DNA of 64,000 nucleotides. It comes from a virus (lineage: Duplodnaviria; Caudoviricetes). Within the stretch, counting starts at the first letter, position 1. Each line of letters opens with the position of its first letter. The stretch is taken from positions 352,001 to 416,000 of the IMG/VR virus record IMGVR_UViG_3300037313_001869; one strand, written 5' to 3'. The notes under the pieces were generated by a model, which did not search any database, was not told the DNA's origin, and was given only the letters and a program-made list of their open reading frames with translations. Both the position numbers and the translations under genes were made by a program. Positions 1 through 8,757 of this stretch are shown one piece after another.

Positions 1-23
1 AGAGGAGACCTGCTATGCACGTA

Positions 24-368
24 TCACCTAGACACCAGAGAGACGCGGATCTGACCGCCGCTCTCTTCGCCTCCGGCCGCCTCGGGGAAGGCCGCCAGGA
101 CCTCCCGACGGCTCTCGGCCTCGTTCGCCTGGAAGAAGCGCACGATGGCCTTGCCCCGCTCGTCCTTCGGCATGGCCTTGATGGCCTCGGTGGGGCGCCG
201 CGACGCCACCGCCCCGTAGCAGGCCCCGTCGGGGCCGTGGGTCAGGGTCATGTGGTCGCCCGTGAGCGAGGAGGGCTCCCACGCCTCGTAGACGGCCACC
301 GAGGCGCCGATGACGACGGTGCGGGTGATGAGCTTGCCAGCGGGGGTCAGGACCGAGGTGCTTTTCAT
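24..368 (-). CDS. hypothetical protein
   Basis: ORF; start re-picked at MKSTSV, 10 nt after class I motif. Confidence 0.75.
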   Translation of the reverse strand: MKSTSVLTPAGKLITRTVVIGASVAVYEAWEPSSLTGDHMTLTHGPDGACYGAVASRRPTEAIKAMPKDERGKAIVRFFQANEAESRREVLAAFPEAAGGEESGGQIRVSLVSR

Positions 369-378
369 GGTGGTAGCC

Positions 379-405
379 AAACGGAGAAAGGCTCAGGCTT
401 TTTCC
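379..405 (-). promoter_or_regulatory. class I promoter-like motif (GGAAA-N17-CGTTT variant)
   Basis: one of 18 copies with identical 27-nt span. Confidence 0.65.
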
Positions 406-662
406 GAAAAAGCGCGCTGCTCGCTCACGAGCGCCCGAAGCTCGGAATCGTGGGGAAACTCACTCTCGATCCAGGCCAGAACGAAAGCGATCTTGCTGTC
501 TCGCTCGGCGGCGAGGATCAGGCTCGTATGCACCTCGGCCATCGGACCGGCGAAGTTGACGTGGTAGGGGTTGAGCCCGGAGTTGATGGCCAGGTAGTGG
601 GCCTGCTTGGCCGTCGGGTAGAGACGGCCAAGCAGGGCGTGAAGGCGGGTAAGGGTGTTCAT
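393..662 (-). CDS. stand-alone EAD1-like (effector-associated domain) protein
   Basis: LxxLYP..A..LA..GL...V.F.G......LI..AE...KI..VL.....FP...EL pattern resembles EAD1. Confidence 0.55.
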   Translation of the reverse strand: MNTLTRLHALLGRLYPTAKQAHYLAINSGLNPYHVNFAGPMAEVHTSLILAAERDSKIAFVLAWIESEFPHDSELRALVSEQRAFSEKA

Positions 663-665
663 GGC

Positions 666-944
666 TCAGATGCTCCCGGGGCCGGTCGAGAACGCCTCGT
701 GCGAGCGGTAGTCGCCGCCCTTCTTCACGAAGGCCCGGAGCGAGCCGCAGGCCCTCTCGGCCGCCGCCTCGCTCCGGTAGACCTGCCGGCCCGAGTAGGG
801 GATCATCTCTTCGTTCTCTTCGCGGACCATCTCGACGAACCACCCGTCCGCCTCGAAGCGGCCGTCCTCGTCCGAGGCCCAGTAGCGGCCCGGGACAGGT
901 CGGAAAGTCATCGTCTCGCTCGCCTTGTTGGTCGTGGTCTTCAT
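666..944 (-). CDS. hypothetical protein
   Basis: ORF directly after class I motif. Confidence 0.8.
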   Translation of the reverse strand: MKTTTNKASETMTFRPVPGRYWASDEDGRFEADGWFVEMVREENEEMIPYSGRQVYRSEAAAERACGSLRAFVKKGGDYRSHEAFSTGPGSI

Positions 945-954
945 GGTGTCTCCG

Positions 955-981
955 AGACGATCGGCCTCCGGGCCTTTTTCC
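955..981 (-). promoter_or_regulatory. class I promoter-like motif GGAAA-N17-CGTCT
   Basis: 10 nt upstream of ATG 944. Confidence 0.75.
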
Positions 982-986
982 GAAAA

Positions 987-1409
987 TCAGCCGATCTGGT
1001 AGCGGGCCAGGAAATCCTCGGCCGCGCGGCGGGTCTCGGGCCGGACGAACTCCCGCAGGTATTGGGCGTAGCGCTCGTCGTCCATGTGGCCCGGCTTCCA
1101 GTTGCCCGTGACCATGGCGAGGCGCTGGCGCATCTGGGACGCGAGGATCTCGTCTTCGTAGGCCATGTCCCGGGTCAGTTCGAGCCGGCCCTCGTAGGTC
1201 TCGCCGTTGCTGTAGGCGACCGAGAAGTTGCCCTTGTGGCACGTCCCGTCGTCGGGCGCCGTCCGGGCCATGCGCCGGATGATCTCGTCGGCCTCGGCGA
1301 GCGAGCCGGCCTGGAACGTCCCGGTCTCGCTCGTGAAGCCCTCGCCCCGGGTGACCGAGACGGACGTGACAGTGAAGCGATCAGAAGGGATGGCGGCGAG
1401 CATGATCAT
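987..1409 (-). CDS. LPD25-like (polyvalent-protein-associated) domain protein
   Basis: SLAEAD...CHKGNFSVAYSNGETYEGRLEL resembles the YdKt.f.i...dG..YeGR.d motif; RBS GAAAGGA. Confidence 0.55.
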   Translation of the reverse strand: MIMLAAIPSDRFTVTSVSVTRGEGFTSETGTFQAGSLAEADEIIRRMARTAPDDGTCHKGNFSVAYSNGETYEGRLELTRDMAYEDEILASQMRQRLAMVTGNWKPGHMDDERYAQYLREFVRPETRRAAEDFLARYQIG

Positions 1410-1435
1410 GGGAAGGGGTTCCTTTCGGCGGGGGT

Positions 1436-1708
1436 TCAACGCTCGGCCATCTCGATGAGGGCACAAGCGAGACGGTGCTTGCAGTGGTTGCCGCCCTGCT
1501 GAGTGTCGGGACAGGTGCAGGACGAGGTACGGGCGGCGCGGTTGATGGTGACCGTGTAGTCGCCCGTGGCGCCCTCGACGCGGTAGGTGTTGTCGTCGAC
1601 CTTGTGGATGCCGCCCGTGAGCGCCACCGCTCGGAAGATCCGAGGAGCAAGCTCGGGGTGCTTGGCGGCCCAGCGGTTCGCGACATTCTGAATCTTGGTG
1701 GCGTCCAT
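1436..1708 (-). CDS. SWIM zinc-finger protein
   Basis: YTV...CTCPD...CKH. Confidence 0.8.
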   Translation of the reverse strand: MDATKIQNVANRWAAKHPELAPRIFRAVALTGGIHKVDDNTYRVEGATGDYTVTINRAARTSSCTCPDTQQGGNHCKHRLACALIEMAER

Positions 1709-1718
1709 GGTGCCTCGG

Positions 1719-1745
1719 AGACGATCGACGGCCTCGGGTTTTTCC
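1719..1745 (-). promoter_or_regulatory. class I promoter-like motif
   Basis: GGAAA-N17-CGTCT before ATG 1708. Confidence 0.75.
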
Positions 1746-1767
1746 GAAGCCGTCGATCTTTTTTCGG

Positions 1768-1971
1768 TCACGCCTCGAAGTGCAGACCACACCTGCGGCA
1801 GCACAGCTCACGCCGGCTCGTGCAGCCGTTGTCCTCGTGCGGGCCCTCGTCGCCGCACTCGGGGCAGGCGATCTCACGGCGGGCTTCTTTGGCGAGGGCT
1901 TTCAGAGCAGCCGCCTTGCCCGAGCGTTGCGTGGTGAGGATCTGGAAGGCTTTGCGATCGGTGGGGGTCAT
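1768..1971 (-). CDS. small zinc-ribbon protein
   Basis: CPECG...CRRCG; ATGA overlap with upstream gene. Confidence 0.7.
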   Translation of the reverse strand: MTPTDRKAFQILTTQRSGKAAALKALAKEARREIACPECGDEGPHEDNGCTSRRELCCRRCGLHFEA

Positions 1972-2249
1972 GGTCCCGAAGAGACGCCCGAGGCGCCGAT
2001 CTTTTTCCGGCATTCTTCGCACCAGACCGAAGGGTCGGGCAGCGCCTCTTTCGCGAGCGCGAGCGAGCCGTGACAGACCATCGTGGCGTGGTCTTCGCAC
2101 AGGGTCACCCACGGCAGCTCGGGGTCGGTTTCGATGCCGGCCTGCATGGAATGGTAAAGGCCCGCACGGCTGCCCGTGATCCGGCTCTTGCGGATCACGA
2201 CGCAGCCGGCGAGCCCGTCGAAGCCGTACTCTTTGATCTGGCGAGGCAT
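1968..2249 (-). CDS. hypothetical Cys/His-containing protein
   Basis: CEDH, CEEC; follows class I motif. Confidence 0.75.
   Translation of the reverse strand: MPRQIKEYGFDGLAGCVVIRKSRITGSRAGLYHSMQAGIETDPELPWVTLCEDHATMVCHGSLALAKEALPDPSVWCEECRKKIGASGVSSGP
1982..2008 (-). promoter_or_regulatory. class I promoter-like motif
   Basis: lies inside the 3' end of the upstream gene. Confidence 0.7.
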
Positions 2250-2258
2250 GGCCGGGGG

Positions 2259-2285
2259 AGACGATCTCAGCCCCGGCTTTTTTCC
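2259..2285 (-). promoter_or_regulatory. class I promoter-like motif
   Basis: GGAAA-N17-CGTCT. Confidence 0.75.
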
Positions 2286-2288
2286 CGG

Positions 2289-2729
2289 TTAGATCACGTC
2301 CCGTTCAGGGAGCGGCCGGGAGTTCCATTGCAGTTGGAACCTCCGCAGGTACTCGGAGAAGCTCTCGCCCCGGAACGGGTCAACCCCGTCCTTGGCCTCG
2401 GGACCGGCCGAGAGAACCTCGTCAAGCGCCTGGACCACGCCCGCGAGGGTCGTTGGGTAGCGGCAGACCATGCGCTCGAAGGGCAGGTTCACCGAGAGCC
2501 AGTAGCGCTTTTTGCTTGGTTCGTAGGTGATCGAGAAGGTGACCGATTCGGGCCGGGCCACCTTCCGAAACCGGTTCTCGCCCGGACGGACCCTCACAGC
2601 GGGGCGGCCGAGGGTCGGCTCCCGCCGGCCGCCGTGGCCGAAATAGATCACCTCGTCGCCCCTCTTGTACGTCTTGCCGATGGTCAGGCCGCGCGAGGCG
2701 CAAGCCCTCCGGAAGGTCGACTCCCTCAT
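2289..2729 (-). CDS. hypothetical protein (MRESTF...)
   Basis: ATGA overlap, RBS GGAGGAG; distal part of the 728-aa track ORF. Confidence 0.7.
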   Translation of the reverse strand: MRESTFRRACASRGLTIGKTYKRGDEVIYFGHGGRREPTLGRPAVRVRPGENRFRKVARPESVTFSITYEPSKKRYWLSVNLPFERMVCRYPTTLAGVVQALDEVLSAGPEAKDGVDPFRGESFSEYLRRFQLQWNSRPLPERDVI

Positions 2730-3004
2730 GGCTCCTCCCGAAGGACCCGATCGAAGAGGGTCTTTGGCGGGTTCTCTTCCAGCTCGAACTCGTGCCAGCC
2801 GTAGGCCGCCACGCTCCCGTCGTCGTGCTTCACCCAGTACACGTCGCCCCCGTGGCCGCCGACGAACGAGCCGAGAACGCCCCGCAACCCTCCCTTGCGG
2901 GCGGCGAGGTAGTCTTGCCGGACCAGCATCCCGGTCGGGGCGCCGATCTGGTCGTGAACGACGATGCGCGTGCCTGGTGTGAGGATCTCGCTTGGCTCTT
3001 GCAT
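2726..3004 (-). CDS. SH3-like hypothetical protein with weak RFDR-type tail
   Basis: ends KTLFDRVLREEP; RBS GGAGG. Confidence 0.7.
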   Translation of the reverse strand: MQEPSEILTPGTRIVVHDQIGAPTGMLVRQDYLAARKGGLRGVLGSFVGGHGGDVYWVKHDDGSVAAYGWHEFELEENPPKTLFDRVLREEP

Positions 3005-3024
3005 GGGCTCCCTCCGAAAGCAGA

Positions 3025-3059
3025 AGAGGGGCCTTCCCGCTCACCGGAAAGGCCCCTCT
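3025..3059 (-). terminator. GC stem-loop, probable intrinsic terminator
   Basis: AGAGGGGCCTTTCC/GGGAAGGCCCCTCT 14-bp stem, 12 nt after TTA 3072. Confidence 0.65.
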
Positions 3060-3071
3060 CCCGGGGTCAGC

Positions 3072-4151
3072 TAACCACTTGCCGTCGCGCACGCCGGGGG
3101 CCGGAACCGGCTTCGGCGAGAGGTCCCGGATCTGCTCCTTCGGGATCTCGATGCTCTTGGCGATGTCGGCCGCGAGGTGCATCCCCTTCTGGAAGCCCAG
3201 CTCCTTCAGGCCCTTCAGGTTGGCGAGAAGGGGCGTGCCTTCGAGCGCCTTCAGGTCCTCACGGTAGTAGTCGAACCAGGGGTAGCCGCGCTGGCGGTAG
3301 TAGTCGGCCGAGGCCGGGGTCGAGGGCGCCGGCTCGCCCGTGATGATCTCCCAGGCCAGGCTGTTGGCGAGGCTGACGAAGCACCTCTCCTTGGCCGAGA
3401 GGTCCCACACGTCGAGCCCGTGCGGGTCGTCGAACACCTGCTGCTTCATCTTGCCGCCGGCCGCGAGGCCCATGTCGGCCGCCGGAGCCGCCGCCGCGAA
3501 GGACATGCACTCCAGGGCTCCGCCCATGCTCTCCAGGCTCCTGATGCCCCGGCCGCGGTAGCGCCGGTCCTCGGGCACGATCGGGAACTTCTTCTCGAAG
3601 ACCTCGCGCTTCATCGGGTAGGCTTCGATCTGGATGCCGCCGAAGGTCTCCTTGCCCGTGAGCTGCGCCTCGACCGTGAAGCCCATCCCGAGCGGAGCGG
3701 CGACGAACTGGCGGATCGTGCCCTTCTCGACCGTGAAGCCGTCGAGCCACGGCTGCTCGGGGATCGTGACGTAGTCCTTCGCCCGCAGCTCGTTCGTCCA
3801 CGCCTCGCCCGTCACGGCCGAGCGCATCCCGGCGCCGATCTTGAGCGCGATCGGGTAGTTGGTCTGCCGCTCCTCGTCGAAGGTGCCGCTGAAGGAGAGC
3901 CAGAGCGCCTCGGCCTGGTACATCGGCAGGAAGATGCCGCCCCGCTCGACCCACGAGGCCGGCACGCGCTCGCGGTAGGAGTCCACCTTGCGCAGAGGGA
4001 AGCTCCCGAGACCCGGGGGCAAGGGGTAGTTCTTGCCGTCGTCGGGGATGCGGATCGTCCGCTCGAACTCGATCTCGGCCTTGGCCGAGGGGTGGACGTT
4101 CGGGAACGCGAACGCGAGGCGGGTGTTGTGCTGAGTCAGGTCCATCTTCAT
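3072..4151 (-). CDS. conserved hypothetical protein (RTxRIPDDG..YPLPPGLG family), ends at TTA
   Basis: motifs LPMYQAEALW, QPWLDG, IRQFVA, YPWFDYY; ends VRDGKW then TTA and hairpin. Confidence 0.75.
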
Positions 4152-4201
4152 TTCCTCTCGTAACGGGTGGGTACTGCCGGACAGGAGCTTTTCTACACCG
4201 A

Positions 4202-4537
4202 TCAGGTCGCCGGAAGATCCGACTTTTCGCCGGGCAGCGCCGGCTGCCAGCTCGTGTCGAGCTGGATCTTGAAAGCGTCTTCGACCAGCTTGGCCCAGTG
4301 CTGCCAATCGCCGATCGTCGTGAAGAACTTGGTTTCCAGGACCGGCTCTCCGTTGCGTTCGCCGGGGCCCCGGGCCCGGCCCGTTCCCTTCGAGCCAACG
4401 ACCCACTGGCCGCTGTTCACCTCGAAGCCGTTCGGCCCGAACCGAGCCATGCAGCCCAGGATGCCGTTGACCCACACGATCCGGCCGTCGGTCGAGACCT
4501 CGTAGGCGCCGATCTTCTTCGTCTTGATCTTTTTCAT
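4202..4537 (-). CDS. hypothetical protein
   Basis: ORF MKKIKTKK; GGTGTAG upstream. Confidence 0.75.
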   Translation of the reverse strand: MKKIKTKKIGAYEVSTDGRIVWVNGILGCMARFGPNGFEVNSGQWVVGSKGTGRARGPGERNGEPVLETKFFTTIGDWQHWAKLVEDAFKIQLDTSWQPALPGEKSDLPAT

Positions 4538-4599
4538 AGGGCCCTTTCGGGGGAGCGCTCCCCGCCTCGGCGAATCTACACCGAGGCGGGGAGAAGGGC

Positions 4600-5145
4600 T
4601 CAGAGGCCGTCGTTCTCGCTGAGCGCTTGCCGAACCCGGCGAAACCGCCACTCGGGAAAGGCCCCGCCGAAGTAGAGCGCCGCGTCGACTCCGTTCTTGG
4701 CCAGCACCCGCTGCTCGAACTCCCGCCCGCTCGGGTCGCCCTCGATCACGAAGGAAACCACGTAAGCCGTCCGCTCGCCCGCGGCTTTCACGAGGGGCGA
4801 GACCTCTTCGATCTTCGACCGAAGCCTCGGGCCGTCGAAGCCGAGCCTCTCGCAGACCTCGTGCGTCAGGCCCTCATCGCCGAAGATCACGAGCCGGACG
4901 GCCAGCTCGTTCAGGTTGATGTCGACGAGGTACCGGGCGTAGCTCTTGTTCGCTTCCTCGTGAAGGGGCGTTTCGTAGCCCTGGACCATCTGGTCGATAA
5001 GCTGACGCTGCCTCTCGGGCCAGAGCTGCCGAATGGCCTGGACCATGAGGGTCTCGGTCCGGCTCACCCGGATCTCGTCGGTACCGTCGCGAAGCACGGG
5101 AGAAAACGTCTCGGGCAGGGGGCTTGAGGGGGCGAGGCTGGTCAT
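4600..5145 (-). CDS. hypothetical protein
   Basis: ORF, RBS GAAAGGA, class I motif. Confidence 0.75.
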   Translation of the reverse strand: MTSLAPSSPLPETFSPVLRDGTDEIRVSRTETLMVQAIRQLWPERQRQLIDQMVQGYETPLHEEANKSYARYLVDINLNELAVRLVIFGDEGLTHEVCERLGFDGPRLRSKIEEVSPLVKAAGERTAYVVSFVIEGDPSGREFEQRVLAKNGVDAALYFGGAFPEWRFRRVRQALSENDGL

Positions 5146-5172
5146 GGCAGGGGTTCCTTTCAGGCAGGCCCG

Positions 5173-5199
5173 AGACGATCGGGCCTGCCCGCCTTTTCC
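5173..5199 (-). promoter_or_regulatory. class I promoter-like motif overlapping an 11-bp inverted repeat
   Basis: GGCAGGCCCGA-GACGA-TCGGGCCTGCC at 5163-5189. Confidence 0.7.
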
Positions 5200-5206
5200 G
5201 AACTTC

Positions 5207-5794
5207 TCAGGCCGACAGGATCTCGATCCGGCCCCGGTCGTTGATGAGTGCCCCGGGGAAGCACTTCCGGAGGGCCGAGAAGAGCGCCCCCTCGCACGAG
5301 ACGGGCACGAGGCGGGCCTTACGGGCCCCGTCCCAGCGCTGGCCAGGGACCGACCACATGCAGCGGAGGAACGCCTCGTTGTAAGGGCCCTTGACGATCA
5401 GGCTCGATCCCTCGACCTCGACCGACAGGCCCTTCTTGCCCTGGAGGCGCTTGCTCACCCGTTCGGCGAGGACCGAGAAGCCGAGGTGGTGGAGGGCCAG
5501 GGTCCAGCGGGCCACCTTCTCGCCCGTCTGCTCGCAGGCGATACGGTGAACCAGGATGTTCGCTGCGCGGCGGAGGTCGCCGTCGATCATGGCCCGACGA
5601 GCCTCGGGCAGGTCGAGGGCGAGAACCCAAGCGTCTTCGAGTGAGACCTCGCCGCTCTGCTTCGTGTAGCCGTGCTTCTTGCGGCAGACCGGGCCCATGC
5701 CGGTCTCAATGCTGACGGCGTCGAGAAGCTCCTTGCCGCAGCAAGCGCAGAAGGTGGCGAGAAGCTGGGTGGCGGGGGCGGTTTCGTAGCTCAT
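5207..5794 (-). CDS. DUF6011-like zinc-finger protein
   Basis: CACCGKELLDAVSIETGMGPVC. Confidence 0.75.
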   Translation of the reverse strand: MSYETAPATQLLATFCACCGKELLDAVSIETGMGPVCRKKHGYTKQSGEVSLEDAWVLALDLPEARRAMIDGDLRRAANILVHRIACEQTGEKVARWTLALHHLGFSVLAERVSKRLQGKKGLSVEVEGSSLIVKGPYNEAFLRCMWSVPGQRWDGARKARLVPVSCEGALFSALRKCFPGALINDRGRIEILSA

Positions 5795-5804
5795 GGTGCC
5801 CCCG

Positions 5805-5831
5805 AGACGATCGAGGTCCCGAGCTTTTTCC
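5805..5831 (-). promoter_or_regulatory. class I promoter-like motif
   Basis: GGAAA-N17-CGTCT. Confidence 0.75.
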
Positions 5832-5844
5832 GAAAAAGCGCGCC

Positions 5845-6150
5845 CTACCTGCCGAGGTTCATCCGGAACTCGTTTTCGCGGGCTTCCCACGAGACGAGCG
5901 GAGCCGTCACCGCCTCGTGGACCCACGCTGTCACCCGCTCGTCGGTCGCCTCCCCAGCCCGCAACGTGAGCGAGAGCGGGGTAAAGCCCTCGGCCGAAGC
6001 CACGGCCACGATGTAGCGTCCTTCGTTGACCGCCTCGCGAAGGAACGCGAGCGCCCGATCCGGCTCTTCGGTTCGCTCCTGCCGAAAAACGAGCTTCCGG
6101 GCCGGGTCGGCAGGCAGGAGGATCGTGAACTTACGCGGCATGTCCGCCAT
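5845..6150 (-). CDS. hypothetical protein
   Basis: ORF MADMPRKF. Confidence 0.65.
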   Translation of the reverse strand: MADMPRKFTILLPADPARKLVFRQERTEEPDRALAFLREAVNEGRYIVAVASAEGFTPLSLTLRAGEATDERVTAWVHEAVTAPLVSWEARENEFRMNLGR

Positions 6151-6379
6151 CTTGCACCGTCCGTGCCGCAGGGGCGAGAGGTTTCTCAGCCCAGGTCTTG
6201 TGCGTAGACCTTCGCGGCGCACACGATCAGAAACGCCCCCGAGGGCGAGAAGCCCTCGTGAACAAGCATGTCGAGGGCCCCCTCTTCGCCGATAACCTCG
6301 ATGAGCTGGGCCACACGACGGATGGTCTCGGCGAAGGGAGGGGCGGGCATCGGGCGAACTCCTGCTCTCGGTGGACCGA

Positions 6380-7063
6380 TAAGACGTTCGTGAGGAACTC
6401 GTCGTCCGACGGCTCGACCTTCGCATCGCTCGGAGCCGGGATGGTCCGCTCCTCGGGATCGGGCTCGTTCACCCGGTCGTAGCGGTTGCCGCCCGGCAGG
6501 CTCCCGGTCTTGCCGCAGAGGCGCTCGACGAACTCCACCACCTGCCTTACCGTCGCCGCCTCTCCCCGCAGGATCAGGGTCTCCTTGTCCCCCGAGACCT
6601 TCAGGTAGTAGCGGACCGGCATCGGGATCTCGGCCGAGGCCGACGGAACGCCCTGGCCGTAGCTGCCGGTCTGCATGGACCCGGTGACCGTGTAGGGGGC
6701 CTTGTCCTCCGGCCGGCCCTGGGCCTCGCGGATCTCCAGCTTGGCCCCCGTCGCCCCGCCCGTCTCGAAGACCGAGGTGTAAGAATACAGGTGATCAGCC
6801 ATGCCGTTCAGGACGGCCGCGGGGGTGTGCTCGACGATGTCCTTGGCCTCTTTCAGGCCGAGGCCCGTCACCTGCCGGACGGCCTTGATGCAGTTGATCC
6901 GGTTGATGCCCGGGTCGACGAGAACGAGCACGCTCGGCACCGGCCCGGCCGCCCCCGGTCCCGCGAAGCGCTCGACGAGCCCTGTCGCCTCCGAGAGCCG
7001 GGCGATCTCGGTCTTCAGGATGGCCTTCTGGCCGTTGATCTCCATCTTCAGGTAGGCGCGCAT
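6380..7063 (-). CDS. protein with ribosomal bL12 (L7/L12) C-terminal-like domain, ends at TTA
   Basis: [23 protein letters not shown]; sequence after TTA looks non-coding. Confidence 0.75.
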
Positions 7064-7064
7064 G

Positions 7065-7373
7065 TAAATACTCCTCCGGCAGAAGCGCCGTCGTCACCGA
7101 GCGATCGGCCTCGGTGATCACGTACACCTTCTGCTTGCCGAACTGGTACACCGACAGGAGCCGGTCGCCCGAGGTGACGCCGTCGTCGTTCGCCTTCTTG
7201 TCCTCGGCGCACACGTTGCCCCAGTCGGCCTTCGCGTGACGGGCGAGAAAGCCCGACAGAACCTCTCCGGTCACGCCCGCGGCGGCGACGCCGGATGTGT
7301 AGACGACCTCGCCCAAGCGAAAGAGGTTCTGCTCGGGCATCACAATGACAAGGGGGGCTTTTTTCATGTTCAT
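7065..7373 (-). CDS. conserved plasmid/phage protein (RH..GDWG...N...RLLSVY...ITEADRS.TT.LLPEEY), ends at TTA
   Basis: family-typical end LLPEEY followed by TTA, 1 nt before next ATG. Confidence 0.8.
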
Positions 7374-7390
7374 TTCCTCTCTTCGGTAGC

Positions 7391-7684
7391 TCAGGAGATG
7401 CCCGAGTCGCTGAGGGTCACGCGCAGGCCGGGGAAGAACTCCTCGACCATCTGACGCGCCTCGGCGTTACCAGCCCGGTCGATGCCGTACTCGCGGGAGG
7501 TCTCGCTGTCCCTCCGGCCGATGACCATCCTGAGCGAGGCAACACTGTAGCCCGTGGCCGCGAGCTTCTCGACCTTCTGGGCAAGGCTTTCCATGGCCTC
7601 GCGCACCGTTGCGGACGGCTTGCTGTCGAGGGCACGCTTGCTGTTGACGTTGGCGCTGGCGCGGTAGAGCTTGGGGGTGTTCAT
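7391..7684 (-). CDS. hypothetical protein
   Basis: ORF 7 nt after class I motif. Confidence 0.75.
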   Translation of the reverse strand: MNTPKLYRASANVNSKRALDSKPSATVREAMESLAQKVEKLAATGYSVASLRMVIGRRDSETSREYGIDRAGNAEARQMVEEFFPGLRVTLSDSGIS

Positions 7685-7691
7685 GTCCCCC

Positions 7692-7718
7692 AGACGATCG
7701 AGCCGGCTGTCTTTTTCC
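7692..7718 (-). promoter_or_regulatory. class I promoter-like motif
   Basis: GGAAA-N17-CGTCT. Confidence 0.75.
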
Positions 7719-7744
7719 GAAGCCGGCTCGATTTCTCGCCGGAC

Positions 7745-8032
7745 TCAGACCTTGTTGTAAAGCAGGGTGATATCGCCGTTGGTGACCGTGGTGCCAGTCG
7801 CGAAGACCTGCCGGATCGCGATCGGGATAGGCACGCCCACGGCGCAGGCAGGCAACGTCACCTCCGAGCCGTCACGGGTCTTCACCTTGATGGCCCCGCT
7901 CGCGTGGAGCATGAAGCTCACGGCGTGCCGCTTCATCTCGAAGTCGTCGCTGATGACGCCAGCGGAATCATCGGACTTTGTGGCCACGTCGCCCTGCTGG
8001 GCGTCGGTCGCTACGATGTGGAGAATGTGCAA
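7745..8032 (-). CDS. head spike base-like protein (RcGTA Rcc01079-like)
   Basis: G.IKV...DG..VTL...VG..IPI.IRQVFATGTT motif; TTG start. Confidence 0.6.
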   Translation of the reverse strand: MHILHIVATDAQQGDVATKSDDSAGVISDDFEMKRHAVSFMLHASGAIKVKTRDGSEVTLPACAVGVPIPIAIRQVFATGTTVTNGDITLLYNKV

Positions 8033-8068
8033 GGTCGGGCCTCCGAAGAGGCGAGACCTATCGAGAGA

Positions 8069-8347
8069 TTAAGGCAGGATCTCGACGACGTGGGCCGGAT
8101 TGACCTCGATCTCGACCACGCCGCACTTCGGGCACGCCTCGCCCTCGGCCGGCTCGTCCGGCTCGACGTAGAGCCGGATCGTCGTCGGCGCCGTCGGGTG
8201 GTCGCCCCGGACGTGGCGCACCGTGCCCACGACTTCGCGCGGCGTCCCTTCGACCTTGGGCTGGACGCCCGCGAGCGAGACCGTCCTGGCCTCGACCCAG
8301 CGGGCCCGGAGCCTCGTGCCCTTGGTCACGTAGCAAGGCGGGCTCAC
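8069..8347 (-). CDS. hypothetical protein
   Basis: GTGA overlap; CPKCG. Confidence 0.7.
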   Translation of the reverse strand: MSPPCYVTKGTRLRARWVEARTVSLAGVQPKVEGTPREVVGTVRHVRGDHPTAPTTIRLYVEPDEPAEGEACPKCGVVEIEVNPAHVVEILP

Positions 8348-8712
8348 GCGCCCGCCTTGGTGGCCAGGAAGGCCGCCAGCTTGGCCGCCCGCTCAGCCTT
8401 CCTCTGCTCGTCGGCCGCGAGGGCCTTCTCGTTCAGGGAAGGGAAGAGGGCCCGGCCCGCCTCGCTCAGCTCCTCACGGCCGTAGTAGTACGTGCGGAGA
8501 GCCATCTCGTCGGCGAGCCACTTCGCCCGCGCTTCCTCGGTCATGCGGGCGAGAAACTCCTCCTTCGGCACCTGACGGAGCAGGCCCTTCTGAAAGAGGG
8601 CGTGCCGCACGCGGGGGTCGGGCACCTTGATGCCTCGGGCCATGATCTCCTTGAAGTTGGAGAGGCCGTAGTAGAGGACGCCGTTTTCCTGAGCGGGGGA
8701 GAGCTTCTTCAT
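8344..8712 (-). CDS. hypothetical protein
   Basis: MKKLSPAQ after class I motif. Confidence 0.75.
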   Translation of the reverse strand: MKKLSPAQENGVLYYGLSNFKEIMARGIKVPDPRVRHALFQKGLLRQVPKEEFLARMTEEARAKWLADEMALRTYYYGREELSEAGRALFPSLNEKALAADEQRKAERAAKLAAFLATKAGA

Positions 8713-8722
8713 GGTGGGGCCT

Positions 8723-8749
8723 AGACGGACGGGGTACCGGGCTTTTTCC
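8723..8749 (-). promoter_or_regulatory. class I promoter-like motif
   Basis: GGAAA-N17-CGTCT. Confidence 0.75.
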
Positions 8750-8757
8750 AAACTTCG

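Noticed and set aside
15-1502. Long opposite-strand ORFs (15-1502, 40685-42571, 45309-46907, 59088-60344, 60981-62282)
   Set aside because: Antisense shadows typical of high-GC coding DNA; the other strand carries motifs, coupling and upstream signals.
3071-3074. +1 frameshift into TAG as a general explanation of TTA ends
   Set aside because: Only this site has TTAG; the other seven are followed by C or T.
2289-4475. 728-aa ORF
   Set aside because: Joins two separate genes through a TTA, a hairpin and an out-of-frame gene (3004-2726).
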